Shown here: positions 17,981-28,659 of the stretch, piece by piece
Layout of the letters: every line of letters starts with the position of its first letter
Numbering within the stretch: position 1 is the first letter of the stretch
Source: a virus
Taxonomy: Duplodnaviria; Caudoviricetes
Strand: one strand, 5' to 3'
IMG/VR virus record: IMGVR_UViG_3300037047_000246
DNA length: 64,000 nucleotides
The notes under the pieces: generated by a model
Told to the model about the DNA's origin: nothing
What the model saw: the letters and a program-made list of their open reading frames with translations, nothing else
Databases searched by the model: none
Program-made: the position numbers and the translations under genes

Positions 17981-18011
17981 ATGACAACGATACTCCTCAG
18001 TACGGTGAAGC

Positions 18012-20258
18012 ATGGCGTTTAACAGAAATGGCCCCGTGCCGTTCGGACCCCCAGTATCTGACCCTAATTTGCAGGGCGGCACTAGGCAAAGGTCCCTGCA
18101 GTCCAGGGAGTCGCACTCATACCTGTGGACTGGACACATATTGCATGTGGACGTGGAGTCCATGGCTTGTTCCATAGCTGTCGACATGGGAGCCGCCAAG
18201 GAGTGGCACGACGTGCCGCTGCCGGCGCCGGCCGGCGCCGGCCCTCGCTCTTGGGCCGGATGCGTCCCGGAGCCAGGAACCAGGGTGCTGATTGAGTGGT
18301 CTGAGTTTGGGTTCAGAAATTTCAAACCCCAAATAACAGGATTTTTGGCCCCGGGCATCACTGCGGCCAGGCAGTACGAACCTTTCGCGGCTTGCGACCC
18401 TGAGGAGGCAGCTCAAGCGCTGGCCTTGTCTCCTGATCTTGCGGACGATCCCCGGTATAGGCTCGACATTATCCGCATGAAGAACAGGAAGGCGTACAGC
18501 GGCGACTTTCTGGCGTCTTCAAGCCAGGGGTCCGACTTCGTACTGGATAGAGATGTGACCCTGCAAAACCGCGCCGGCAACGAGCTCAAGCTTAGAGACT
18601 CTGACCAAACAACTGTCTTGCAAACAGTCAACGAATTTGTGAGCAGCGCAGCTGGATTTTATCGCAGGGGGCTGATTAAGCGCAACGCGTTCAACTTGCT
18701 GCCTGATTTGCTGCTGTCCGCTCCAGACAGGACTCCTGGAGAAATAGACGGGGACCCCATAGAAGCTGTTCTGGCTGACAAAACAAAGACGCTCAGAAAC
18801 GAGGACGGCAGCTGGGACAACGTGCTGGTGGACGGCATTAGCACAAACAGTTCGGCTTTTTCCATACTGCATCAGTTCGGCTTGGTAGACTCTGGCGGAA
18901 AAGTCACGTTCGACCAGACCAAAGCGGACTACCCGTTCGTTGTGATGTCCGATGGGCGTCGACAAAGCTACGTGGTGCAAAACACTCACGACAAACGATG
19001 GGACGAGGTGGACGAATGCTACGTTGAAGACAGGGCTGAAATATTCCATACTCACGACGGGGTCATGTCCGTCACCGAAGAAGGTGACGGGATTCAAATA
19101 GACAACGCTTTGAAGCGCGTGTTCATAGAAGACGTGCGAGGCACGGTTGTGGGCAACGACCCCTACACCGATGCTGGCCGATCGCTGTACAAGCGCATTT
19201 TGTCCATGTCCATGTTCAGCTCGCCTGACGATGTGGCTCGACCTGACGTCAGAATGTTTGATGTGGATGTTGTCAACGAACCGTCTCAAGCCGACAGCAT
19301 AGCTCTGGCTAGACTGTTCAGAATATCCCCCATAGGTGGCGGCAGCTCGGAGTACGTGTTTGGCGTGACCAAAGAGGGCAGAGTTTTCTGGAACGTTCCA
19401 GCGTCGAGGAACGAAGCGCAGTCCGTGGACTTGAATACTGACGGCGGGATTCAAGCTTTCCTTGGGTGCAATCAAAACAGAGTCAGCCTCAACTTGAAGA
19501 CTCTCGGCGGAGTGAAGCTCGACTTGGGGTCGTTTCTCGACACGTCTTCGGACAGCCAAGACCCAGTGTCGGTGGACGTCACATTCAGAGGCAAAGTCAA
19601 AACCAACTACACCGGTTTGCAAGGCAGAGAAACCATAGTGGCTGGCACCGAGTACGTGTCTGTCGGCGGATCCCACGTCGTCAGCGCGGCCAGTGGCCAA
19701 GTTGTCGTGTGCGGCGGCACGTCTGCTTTGGAAGCAGAAGGCGCAAGGCGCAACATCGGCACCGGGGGCTACGTGCTTCGAAGCCTAGGCCCGTGCGACG
19801 TCACATGCTTGGACAAATCTTCGGAGTCGTATTCGAAGCTGCGAACTACGACAACGCATATGGGCAGCACCAAGACAACAGTGACTGGTACTGACTCCAC
19901 CATTGTGACTGCCGGCGCGTACACAATCGCGGTAACTTCAGGCACTTACTCAGTCACTGTTGGCGCTGGAGCTCTCAACCTCATGTGCGGCGCCAGCGCA
20001 TCTGTCATGGCGACTGCCAACCTGGGACTGATGGCAGGCGGCTCAGTGATGACTTCTGCCGGCGGCGCCAACACCTCCATGGCAGCTGGCACAAACACGA
20101 TGTCGGGGTCTGTGGACGTGATCGCAGCGCCGGTCGTCAAAATAGGCATGAGCATAGTGGGCAACGTCGTCGCTGGCATCCCCGGGCCCCCAGGACCTCA
20201 CCGGGACTTCATCACCGGCATGCCTATACTGGGCCACCCCACGACGTTTGTTGGTTGA
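18012..20258 (+). CDS. baseplate central spike (gp5/gpV/VgrG-like, 748 aa)
   Basis: N-terminal OB-fold-like GHILHVD...WAGCVPEPGTRVLI; C-terminal Thr/Gly/Val/Ser-rich beta-repeat; His-containing end PHRDFITGMPILGH. Confidence 0.75.
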   Translation: MAFNRNGPVPFGPPVSDPNLQGGTRQRSLQSRESHSYLWTGHILHVDVESMACSIAVDMGAAKEWHDVPLPAPAGAGPRSWAGCVPEPGTRVLIEWSEFGFRNFKPQITGFLAPGITAARQYEPFAACDPEEAAQALALSPDLADDPRYRLDIIRMKNRKAYSGDFLASSSQGSDFVLDRDVTLQNRAGNELKLRDSDQTTVLQTVNEFVSSAAGFYRRGLIKRNAFNLLPDLLLSAPDRTPGEIDGDPIEAVLADKTKTLRNEDGSWDNVLVDGISTNSSAFSILHQFGLVDSGGKVTFDQTKADYPFVVMSDGRRQSYVVQNTHDKRWDEVDECYVEDRAEIFHTHDGVMSVTEEGDGIQIDNALKRVFIEDVRGTVVGNDPYTDAGRSLYKRILSMSMFSSPDDVARPDVRMFDVDVVNEPSQADSIALARLFRISPIGGGSSEYVFGVTKEGRVFWNVPASRNEAQSVDLNTDGGIQAFLGCNQNRVSLNLKTLGGVKLDLGSFLDTSSDSQDPVSVDVTFRGKVKTNYTGLQGRETIVAGTEYVSVGGSHVVSAASGQVVVCGGTSALEAEGARRNIGTGGYVLRSLGPCDVTCLDKSSESYSKLRTTTTHMGSTKTTVTGTDSTIVTAGAYTIAVTSGTYSVTVGAGALNLMCGASASVMATANLGLMAGGSVMTSAGGANTSMAAGTNTMSGSVDVIAAPVVKIGMSIVGNVVAGIPGPPGPHRDFITGMPILGHPTTFVG

Positions 20259-20261
20259 AGC

Positions 20262-20843
20262 ATGCCTTTCAACCCTGCAACAATCGGCCCAGTGATACGC
20301 TCCAGCTTGGCTGCGGCCAACATTCGCGGCACCGGCAGCACTCAGCTCGCGCTCGCTCTAACTCTAGCTCTGTGCAAGTACGGCACTTCAGCCATGAACG
20401 TGATGACAATAGACGCAGGCACAGTCGGGGTAGGCAAAGGTACCGGATTTGGGGTCTGGATTCCTCAGCCTTTGCTTATGACTTCCCTCACCTCAAATCT
20501 GCCCGCAAGAGGCATCGCTGGGGTGTCCATGCCGCAGCTGGCGCTCGGGATAGCTTCAGGATACTCCTCCGCTTTGTCCATGGCCATGATCAGCACTGTG
20601 CATCCCTCTGTGGGAGTAGGTACTGGGAAGCTTCAGATACTGCCCAACACTGTTGCGGCAATCGGTCTGTTCACCGATGCTTTCTTGGCGTCCGGTCTTT
20701 TGGGGTCTGCTGCGCCCCAGCTTGCTGCTGCTGTAGCCACGGCGCTGGACAATGTTTTGCCGTCTGCGATTGGCATGGTTGCCATAACCGGGTCCCCCAG
20801 CTCGTCTGCGTCCAGCGGCGTCGGCAAAGGGTCGCTGATTTAG
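20262..20843 (+). CDS. Gly/Ala-rich protein with three internal ~62-aa repeats; candidate spike tip (193 aa)
   Basis: QLA at aa 28, 92, 153 and GVGxG at aa 56, 118, 186; directly downstream of the spike. Confidence 0.6.
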   Translation: MPFNPATIGPVIRSSLAAANIRGTGSTQLALALTLALCKYGTSAMNVMTIDAGTVGVGKGTGFGVWIPQPLLMTSLTSNLPARGIAGVSMPQLALGIASGYSSALSMAMISTVHPSVGVGTGKLQILPNTVAAIGLFTDAFLASGLLGSAAPQLAAAVATALDNVLPSAIGMVAITGSPSSSASSGVGKGSLI

Positions 20844-20945
20844 TCCTTTGTAGAACCAGTCCAGCGCGTACGTGGTCGGCGCGAATGTCGACTGCGCTAC
20901 AAATGCTAGAGCACGGAAAAACTGCCGTCAGAGGTATTGTGCAAT

Positions 20946-23900
20946 ATGACTCTAGATACAAGCGGCGCACTACTTGAAGGAGCACGCTACAGCACTGGAA
21001 ACAACACATACACGTTTCCGCCGGACAGTGTGGTGGAAAATCCGGCAGTGCTGTCCGGCGCTACGGAAAGATCTGAGTACGTAGTCGTGGCAGGGTCTGC
21101 GAACTCTGCCAAGCGCAGTTTGGAGATAGCTGATCCTGACCTCGTGTTCTACTGGTCAAGAAACGAGCCCGGCGTAACCAGGTTCGACTACGACGATTTT
21201 TCCGGCAGGTGGCTTCCTCTGCCGGGTGCCGCTCCTCGCGTCGTCGGGCAACTGTCCAATGACAGCCGGTTGACAGTCCCTGTGCCTGATGCCTCCAGGG
21301 TCGCATCAGCGCCGTACGCTTTGTATGTGGACGACACTCCGCGCGTGTCGTTTTCTTTGGTTTTCATTGGCTCCGCGAGCTTCTCCAGCCCTGCCTCTCT
21401 TGCCAAGCTTCAAGTGGAAGTCAACCAAAGCGGTCAGCTAAACTTCAGCGCTGTGGACGTAGTCGACTTGGCCGGTCGGACCGTATCCTTCACGGGCCAA
21501 AGTTTTTCTCCACGCCTGCACAGCGACGGGGTGGTTGGAATACTGCCGGATTTTGCATCAACAGAGTACAGAATCTTCCTGAGTCCAAGGCCGGCTCCCG
21601 GAAGTTCGCCCAGAATTCGCATCGGACAAGGTCCGCATTTGATTGCAGAGCCAGTCGGATTGGAAAGCGCACTCACTTCGCCTGCGCCAGGACGAGTGAG
21701 GTGGTCCGAAGACACCGGCAGGCTGAAGTTCGCCGACGCAGACGTAGCGGCGCACAGCGGAGACGTTGTGCACTACGACGGCGCGTACCTTGGTTCGGCA
21801 GCGCTCGACCGGACTTCCGGAGTCAGCGTGGCCGCAGCGTGGCCTGGCGCCGCCTTTGTCATCCCGGAAGCTGTCGGCGGTGCAGAGCCGTCCAGATTTG
21901 TGATCTTCGCTGAGAAAGACGGAGAAGTCAGACACTATTTTGTTGCTGCACTGACAGACAAGATCCCGGAGAGGTCTCCTGCTTCTGGCAAGGTGTCGAT
22001 AAACACCGCAGACGGCACGGTCTACGTTTCCCATGTTGACGTGTCGAGGTTTACAGGGTGGACTTTCGGGTACGTAGACTCAATGCTCAAGTTGGGTGCT
22101 CCGGGCGCAGCCATGTTGATGCGCAGGTCCGGAGTCAACGGATCTGGGCCGGCTAGAGCACCTGATTTCACCGTCGTGTACGTGGTGTCCCAGCTGCTCA
22201 CTGACAACATACCGGAGTCGCCTTTCATCATGCTTTCGACTGTGCCGCTGGTGGACAGCGCGCTTCGTCTGAGCGTGGAGCTAGGATCTGGCAAATATGT
22301 GGGTCAATTGCACGACTCGACAGATCCGCTGGAGCAAGGATATGGGTACGCTTTTGACTTCGGCGCGCGACGCCTGAAGTTCACGCGCCGCGCTGTGCAC
22401 AGTTTGAGGTTGCGCAAAGCGCAGGCCTCCGTGAAGTTGGACGGCGCAGCGCTCGTCGGACGAGGAGTTGAGGTCCGGCGCAACGGGTCTCTGCTCACCG
22501 CGTCAGACTTCGACCTCGACGTTTCGGCCGGTCTCATTGAGTTTGTGGAGCCAGTTGGCGAAGGGGACATTAGCGCAAGAGACGTCAGCGGCCAGGCGTC
22601 AGGCTCTGAATTTGTGTCCTCTGCGCCGGCGTTTGTTCCAAGTGACATCGGCAAGAAGCTTTTGGTGACGTCAGACGACAATGGCGGCATAAGAGACATT
22701 GTCGGGGTGAAGTCCAGCATCGCTGTCGAAGTGGACCCTCCGTTTGCTTTGAGCGGCGCGGTGGCAGGCTCGGTGAGGGCTACAGACGAAATCGTAGCCG
22801 ATAGAATATGGGCGCCAGTGGTGTCCATCCCAAAGAAACTTGCCGTGTACCGCAGCCCGAACGGGCCTTCAGGTTTGTTCACCAAAGCAGACAGCAGGAG
22901 CTACAAGGTCAGAGCCAACGTCGGTCAGATAAGCTTGTCCAGCGCGGCCATGCCGGGTGAATCTGTGCGCATCGAGTACATCTCCCTGGACTCGCAAGAC
23001 GAGGGCGTCACCGCGGAGCCTACGAAGCGCGTAGAAGCAGCGCTGTTCAAGATCAGGCAAGAGTCCGCCGCGTTTGCCAAGATGTCCAAAGTGGTGACTT
23101 TCAATGCTGCCGGCAAGACTGTGAACCGAGGCCGGCCGATTGTGCTGTATGTGGAAGGCGTCACTCAAGATCCGGCGTCATACACGTTCAAGCCGCCTGG
23201 TACTCTTGTTCTCAACAAAGCTGTCGAAGATGGTCCTGTGGTGGTGGACTACTGGGTGGAGGAAGCCAACGGTGGTGAGGTTTCCATAGATTTGCTGCAC
23301 TCGCCGGTGGACTACGACAACCTCAAAGCCTCCGGCCCCGTGCCCGGCGGCGCCGGCGGCTCTACGCACATCGACGTGAGCGGAGACCAGACCGCCTCCC
23401 TTGTGCAAGGTGGAGCTGTGCTGATTGAGAACAGGGACGTCGTGTACGTGGCGGCGTCGTCCTACGACGCCGCTGCTGACTCGACCCGTGTATTGTTCGC
23501 CCAGCCAGCGGTGGACGACAGCGAAGTTTTGAAAGCTGCAGCCCCAATCAGAGGCCGCTACATGGTTGCGGAGAGCAATCCAGTAGAGATATTTGTCGCC
23601 GGCACAACTGCCGTAAAAGTGCATGCAGACGTCAGCTGCAACTACGCCAAAGGCGTGGTCATTGACCTAGATGGAGACCCTTACTGGGTACTTGGGTCTT
23701 CCTACGACGCTTCTTCAGGCGTGACCACAGTCAACACGGCTGGCAGAGCGAGACGCAACTATATAACGCCAGTTGTGAACAGGACTGTGCGCCCCGTGTA
23801 TGACCCCGGGTCCAGTTTTTCCACATTGCGCCCGGCATATACGTCTAGAGGGTTCGTTCTGGCAAAGATGGGCAGAACGTCTGCAGTGCTGCAGCCAGAT

Positions 23901-26171
23901 TCGGACTACGATCTGGGAGAAGATGGCATCATTTCTTTGAAGGTACCAGTTGAGTTCGGCGACGTTTTGCGAGCCATGTATGTGGCTAGAAAAATGCAAG
24001 ACGCAGGCACTGTGTTCGACATCAACTTTGCCAAAGAAATTGTTCCCAACAGCTCTAACGGCATCGCTGGTCAACATCTGCGGATGGACTACAATCTGTA
24101 CGCGCCAGATTCGTTTTTCTACCGAGTAGAGACTGTGGTGACGATGCTGCCTGAAGCCAAAGAAGCTGCCGTGCGCAGCAACTCGGCATCTAGCTACGGG
24201 CCCAACACGCAAAACGCGCAGTCTTCGCAAACAAAGAATGCAGGCTTGCCGTGCCCCAGGCACGACGCTGCGCACTACAGGAACTTGGACGTAGTGGTGC
24301 AGAGGTTCCTGAAGTTCCACCACGACTTGATTGAAACGTACGAAGACACGTTGCAGCTCATAGATGGACGCGTTGTAGGAGGAGAGTCTGGAAGATTCAG
24401 ATACGACGGCATTCTGTCGAATCCGCCAAGAGAGTCGTACAGCGCTGTGACCAACGATATCGACGACGTCGTGAAGTTGTACGGGGAAGTTAAGATGTCT
24501 TCCAGTTACCCGCATACTGAGGTCTACTCTTCGGTTTACGGCAAGATGTCTGATCCCAACGATTTGTCCAGACTTTTTCCGACTACGCTGACCTCCGCAT
24601 CGTTTACCAGCAACACGAGCTCGGCATACAACGGCCAACAGGTCGGCAGCTTCAAGATGGCTGACGTCACTTCAGTTGGCGTCACCACCACGGCCAGGGC
24701 TGCCGCGTTCTTCACCTCAGCGACTTTTGCCCCAGGCGGCACCAGGCTGGAGCTGGACTCTTCTTTAGGCGCGCAGGAGCTCTTGGCCGCGATTCTTGAC
24801 ATCCCAGGACAGGGCGGGAAGAATGGGGACTCCGAAACTTTGACGCCGTCGTTCAAAGACGGCATGAAAGTCCAGGTGTTCGATCTCGACGGGAACCAAG
24901 TGGCGCACGGCGCGGTTTCTGGAGCGACGGGGTACAGCGTAGTCATCGACGCGGACGTGCCAGTGCACGTAGGCAGCGTGGCGCAGACTCCGGCAGACTG
25001 GATTGGCGACAGAAATTTCCAAAACATATACGTGCCAGGGCTCGATTACTCGTACAATCCCAGCAACGGCCAAATACTGTTTTTTGACATCGTGGGAAAC
25101 CATCCGCTTGCAGGGTCAGAGGTGATCGAGGCCAAGGTGTCTTTCCGCAATGCCAGTCCTAGGCCGGCCAGACTGCCTGCCTTGTTCGGCAAAGAGACGA
25201 ACGACTCCGGCAGGATCGACATACCCAGACGCAGGGGCAAATGCGAGCTGCGTTATCTGTCGCAAGAGATGGGCATGCTTCGCATTGGCTACGGAAAGCA
25301 CGAGTCTCCAGGGCAATTCGTATCTGTTGAGGAGATGTTTGGGGTTTTGCAAGTTGGCGACTCGATTCAATTTATTGACGGACCGAACGCCGGGTGCGTG
25401 TGCGCAGTCACCAGCATCGACCAAAAAGGCATTTACGTCAACCCAGCGCCGAACTCCATTGACGCGGTAGGCAGCAACTTCGTGGTCGGATCGACCTTCA
25501 GCATGAAGCATGTGTTGAATGCTGAGTCAGCAGTACTGACGAACGAGCTATCCAAACTTTCCCGAGCTGCGGCTCTCTTTGGCCCCGTAGCGACTGCTGG
25601 TCGAGGCACGGCAGCGGGCGGTCAGTGGACCGCCATGCAGGACTTGTCTGGTAGCGAAGGCAAACTGCTTTGGGTCACCAGCGGCCCCGGCGCAGGTTTG
25701 TGGAAGATACAGTCCACCTCCGGCAAAGTCGCCACTGTGGATTCGGCTTACCCTCAGCTGGTGCCAGGACCCGGAAACTACTGCATCATCGACCCATGGG
25801 TCTTTTTGCAAGAAGCAGAGTTCCAGTTTGTTGCAAATTTTTACAGGTCCACATTGGAATTTTTGAGCAACACCCAAGCATGGTCTGCGTCAATGTCGGC
25901 TGCTGGAGCCGGAGATAGATTAATTGCCATCACTGACAGGCAGTCTGTCTTGCAGGCTATGGCGGGCCAGAGCGGCAGCCTCACCTCGCTACTTACCGAT
26001 GGCGACAACCTTTATGACACGAGGTACATGTGGATAGACCAGCGAACAAACAAGGAGAGCGGACTGATGCAGATGCAGCGGACGGCGGAAGTCCGAGCAG
26101 CGGAGATCGTAGAGAAGGTGACGGAAAATCAGCGCAAAGTGCTGATGCTGGACGCGATGGTAAGGACGTGA
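20946..26171 (+). CDS. large virion/baseplate structural protein (1741 aa)
   Basis: Long uninterrupted ORF, beta-rich multi-domain with helical C-terminus; GAGGT SD; within baseplate cluster. Function is inferred from context only. Confidence 0.6.
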   Translation: MTLDTSGALLEGARYSTGNNTYTFPPDSVVENPAVLSGATERSEYVVVAGSANSAKRSLEIADPDLVFYWSRNEPGVTRFDYDDFSGRWLPLPGAAPRVVGQLSNDSRLTVPVPDASRVASAPYALYVDDTPRVSFSLVFIGSASFSSPASLAKLQVEVNQSGQLNFSAVDVVDLAGRTVSFTGQSFSPRLHSDGVVGILPDFASTEYRIFLSPRPAPGSSPRIRIGQGPHLIAEPVGLESALTSPAPGRVRWSEDTGRLKFADADVAAHSGDVVHYDGAYLGSAALDRTSGVSVAAAWPGAAFVIPEAVGGAEPSRFVIFAEKDGEVRHYFVAALTDKIPERSPASGKVSINTADGTVYVSHVDVSRFTGWTFGYVDSMLKLGAPGAAMLMRRSGVNGSGPARAPDFTVVYVVSQLLTDNIPESPFIMLSTVPLVDSALRLSVELGSGKYVGQLHDSTDPLEQGYGYAFDFGARRLKFTRRAVHSLRLRKAQASVKLDGAALVGRGVEVRRNGSLLTASDFDLDVSAGLIEFVEPVGEGDISARDVSGQASGSEFVSSAPAFVPSDIGKKLLVTSDDNGGIRDIVGVKSSIAVEVDPPFALSGAVAGSVRATDEIVADRIWAPVVSIPKKLAVYRSPNGPSGLFTKADSRSYKVRANVGQISLSSAAMPGESVRIEYISLDSQDEGVTAEPTKRVEAALFKIRQESAAFAKMSKVVTFNAAGKTVNRGRPIVLYVEGVTQDPASYTFKPPGTLVLNKAVEDGPVVVDYWVEEANGGEVSIDLLHSPVDYDNLKASGPVPGGAGGSTHIDVSGDQTASLVQGGAVLIENRDVVYVAASSYDAAADSTRVLFAQPAVDDSEVLKAAAPIRGRYMVAESNPVEIFVAGTTAVKVHADVSCNYAKGVVIDLDGDPYWVLGSSYDASSGVTTVNTAGRARRNYITPVVNRTVRPVYDPGSSFSTLRPAYTSRGFVLAKMGRTSAVLQPDSDYDLGEDGIISLKVPVEFGDVLRAMYVARKMQDAGTVFDINFAKEIVPNSSNGIAGQHLRMDYNLYAPDSFFYRVETVVTMLPEAKEAAVRSNSASSYGPNTQNAQSSQTKNAGLPCPRHDAAHYRNLDVVVQRFLKFHHDLIETYEDTLQLIDGRVVGGESGRFRYDGILSNPPRESYSAVTNDIDDVVKLYGEVKMSSSYPHTEVYSSVYGKMSDPNDLSRLFPTTLTSASFTSNTSSAYNGQQVGSFKMADVTSVGVTTTARAAAFFTSATFAPGGTRLELDSSLGAQELLAAILDIPGQGGKNGDSETLTPSFKDGMKVQVFDLDGNQVAHGAVSGATGYSVVIDADVPVHVGSVAQTPADWIGDRNFQNIYVPGLDYSYNPSNGQILFFDIVGNHPLAGSEVIEAKVSFRNASPRPARLPALFGKETNDSGRIDIPRRRGKCELRYLSQEMGMLRIGYGKHESPGQFVSVEEMFGVLQVGDSIQFIDGPNAGCVCAVTSIDQKGIYVNPAPNSIDAVGSNFVVGSTFSMKHVLNAESAVLTNELSKLSRAAALFGPVATAGRGTAAGGQWTAMQDLSGSEGKLLWVTSGPGAGLWKIQSTSGKVATVDSAYPQLVPGPGNYCIIDPWVFLQEAEFQFVANFYRSTLEFLSNTQAWSASMSAAGAGDRLIAITDRQSVLQAMAGQSGSLTSLLTDGDNLYDTRYMWIDQRTNKESGLMQMQRTAEVRAAEIVEKVTENQRKVLMLDAMVRT

Positions 26172-26326
26172 AAGCGTGCTGGCAGCACGATCAAAAGATC
26201 CGTCCCAATCCGGCTGTCATGCATTTTCTCGTCACCCTCAAGTCCGGCTTGGAAGACATGATCAAAGCGGAAAAATCTAAGCTTGCCGAGCTTACAGGAG
26301 TTCGGGATCGAATGGGCGGCAAATAA
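26168..26326 (+). CDS. small hypothetical protein (52 aa)
   Basis: GTGA overlap with the upstream stop and TAATG overlap with the downstream start; fills the gap exactly. Confidence 0.55.
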   Translation: MKACWQHDQKIRPNPAVMHFLVTLKSGLEDMIKAEKSKLAELTGVRDRMGGK

Positions 26327-28551
26327 TGTCATCGTGGTCGAGCATCAAGATCAACATAGACCCGTTGGCCAAGCTGCGGCCGCCGCTCAAGTCTCTGTTG
26401 AGCGTGCTGGAAACAGTTGAAGCCATACTGGAAGCGCTGCTCGACCTAATCAAAGCTTTTTCGCTTGATTTGATCAACCCGCTGCGCGCAATCATAGCTT
26501 TGCTGCTGGCTGCGATCCGAGCAATACTGAACCAGATCAAGTCCACCGGATTCGCAGTGCTGCTCATTCGGCCTGACTTCAGGCGGTCTGACCTTCGGAT
26601 GGTCTTCAATTCGGTGTCTGGCGGCTACTCCGCTTTCGAATCGAAGCTGTTTGGCAAATTTTACGACAACAGCGACCCGTTCAGGCCGACGTACTCGGCA
26701 GGCATGAACGCAGCGATGGTCGTGATATATATCGGTGCAGAGTCGCCTGGCGATCTGATGTCAGAGATCATGGCACTCATGAATCTGATTCGACATCCCA
26801 TGGATGGGATAGGACTCGCCGCTCCAGCTAGTTTGAAGGTCAGCACGCCAACGAAAAGCGGAGACCCGATAGCACAGTTCTGGCAGCTGTTTGAACCGTC
26901 AGAAGTGGACAACTCGCTTGTTTTGGAATGGCAGATGCCGACGTCGGCCTCTGGAGTGGGGTCCCCTACGCTGACAGGACAGATAACCGCATCACTGCCA
27001 AGCTACAATCTCGGACAAAAATTCCTAGTTGAGCGCACCGATGCCGACGTCCCGTCTGGCGAGACTGTGTACGCCAAACTGGAGTCCAAGACGCAGGGCG
27101 ATCGGGTCAAAAACACAATCAGGCGTTACAACGTAGCTTCCGTATCCACCAAAGTGGCTGTCAGGGAGAGGGGCGGCGGGGACTACAAATTCTTCAGAAA
27201 ACGGATGAAAGTCGACACGGAATCGTACAGAGGCGGATTGACCGGCACGTACAGATTTATCGACACTGATCTAGAGGCCGGGAAGTCATACTACTACAGA
27301 GTGCGCGCGTACATGGGCGAGCTCTATGACACGTACGTCGACAACAACACCGTAAAAACTCCAGACGACGCATCCAAGTACATCATAACCCAAGACTCTC
27401 AGTTCGGGTGGGTGGTCAACTACGGCAAGGGAGCCGTGATGGGCAAACCCAGCGCTGTGGTGCGCGGTTTTGTGCCGATGCAGGTCTCCGACAGCGCGAT
27501 TTTTGACTTGTATAAAGACATGCTGAACGCTTTCTTGGCAGGCATGCTGTTGAACTTCGAGCTGCCGTACCCCTCCAGGGAAGACACGCAGAAAGAGCTC
27601 GAGCAGAAAACTGGATGGGGCACCCTGTCCGTATTGGCAGGACCAGTCGGCGTAATCAAGACAGAGAGCGATCAAGTCAGCGATTTCGTCAAATATCCAC
27701 TGCTCAAGCCAACTGTGCGCAGAGTTGTCAATCCGCTTCTAGAGAAGCTCAGGACGCAGCCTCAGATAGCCAGCAGGCTTAGCAGTCTGTGGAGCGCCGG
27801 GGTGAAGCTCACAGTTGAAAAAATTTTGGAACAAGCTGGCTACGAGTTTTCGACGGCAGGCATGATCGGAGCCAAGAAGTATGGCGATATCTTGCATGCG
27901 CCGTGGGGTCTTTTCGGCGTCGTCGGCGACGTCAATGATGCTGTCAGGCAGCAAATACGCGAGTATCTGGCAAAAGAGGACCCCGGATACGGAGAGAAGC
28001 CAGGAGCGAAGTACAACGGTCCTCTTCCCCTCACTATCGGGTCCTCCGCGGTGGGCATCGGGGTGAGCGTGCAAGAGCGCAGCGACCTGGCTGACTTCCT
28101 TCGGCTGGCCATGTCGGTCGGCAACCAGGCTGGATATCTGCAGTGGTATTCGGTGACAATCGGTGATCTTTTCCCATCTCTTGTGCCGTTCATGTTCGAC
28201 TTTGAGCAGTGGATACTGGCGCTGCTGAAAGCTGTGGAGAGTGCGCTCAAAGAGATAACAGACATAATAGAAACGCTGATTCAGCGCATAAGGGACCTTG
28301 AGCAGCTTTTGCGTGCCATCATCTCTCTTTTGGAAATGCTGAACATAGATATAACTGTTAGCTTCCTTAAGGTGACTGGGACCAACGGCGTGGACGGGCT
28401 TGTCGACGGTCTTGTGAACGCAGAAGACAAACCTGGCAACAAGCCTTATGGACTGCATTCAGGATATGTGATGACCGCTGGCGGACCGGGTCCAGGGTTC
28501 ACGAAAGCGCTCGATGCGCTGAAATTCTTGCTGACATTCGGAAAAGGGTGA
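26326..28551 (+). CDS. virion structural protein with amphipathic helical termini and a central FN3-like domain (741 aa)
   Basis: Leu/Ile-rich helices at both ends; FN3-type RFIDTDLEAGKSYYYRVRAY near 27250-27310. Confidence 0.55.
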   Translation: MSSWSSIKINIDPLAKLRPPLKSLLSVLETVEAILEALLDLIKAFSLDLINPLRAIIALLLAAIRAILNQIKSTGFAVLLIRPDFRRSDLRMVFNSVSGGYSAFESKLFGKFYDNSDPFRPTYSAGMNAAMVVIYIGAESPGDLMSEIMALMNLIRHPMDGIGLAAPASLKVSTPTKSGDPIAQFWQLFEPSEVDNSLVLEWQMPTSASGVGSPTLTGQITASLPSYNLGQKFLVERTDADVPSGETVYAKLESKTQGDRVKNTIRRYNVASVSTKVAVRERGGGDYKFFRKRMKVDTESYRGGLTGTYRFIDTDLEAGKSYYYRVRAYMGELYDTYVDNNTVKTPDDASKYIITQDSQFGWVVNYGKGAVMGKPSAVVRGFVPMQVSDSAIFDLYKDMLNAFLAGMLLNFELPYPSREDTQKELEQKTGWGTLSVLAGPVGVIKTESDQVSDFVKYPLLKPTVRRVVNPLLEKLRTQPQIASRLSSLWSAGVKLTVEKILEQAGYEFSTAGMIGAKKYGDILHAPWGLFGVVGDVNDAVRQQIREYLAKEDPGYGEKPGAKYNGPLPLTIGSSAVGIGVSVQERSDLADFLRLAMSVGNQAGYLQWYSVTIGDLFPSLVPFMFDFEQWILALLKAVESALKEITDIIETLIQRIRDLEQLLRAIISLLEMLNIDITVSFLKVTGTNGVDGLVDGLVNAEDKPGNKPYGLHSGYVMTAGGPGPGFTKALDALKFLLTFGKG

Positions 28552-28659
28552 TCGGCGGAGGATCCGATTTTCGGCTTCTATGTTGGAATTGCAATTTTAG
28601 CGCATTTCTTGGGCACGGGGTCTGTGTCCATGAAAGAAAGGGACAGGTGGAAGGCGCAT

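Noticed and set aside
28551-28574. Possible terminator ATCGG...CCGAT-TTT
   Set aside because: 5-bp stem with a competing alternative pairing and a short U-run; not convincing.
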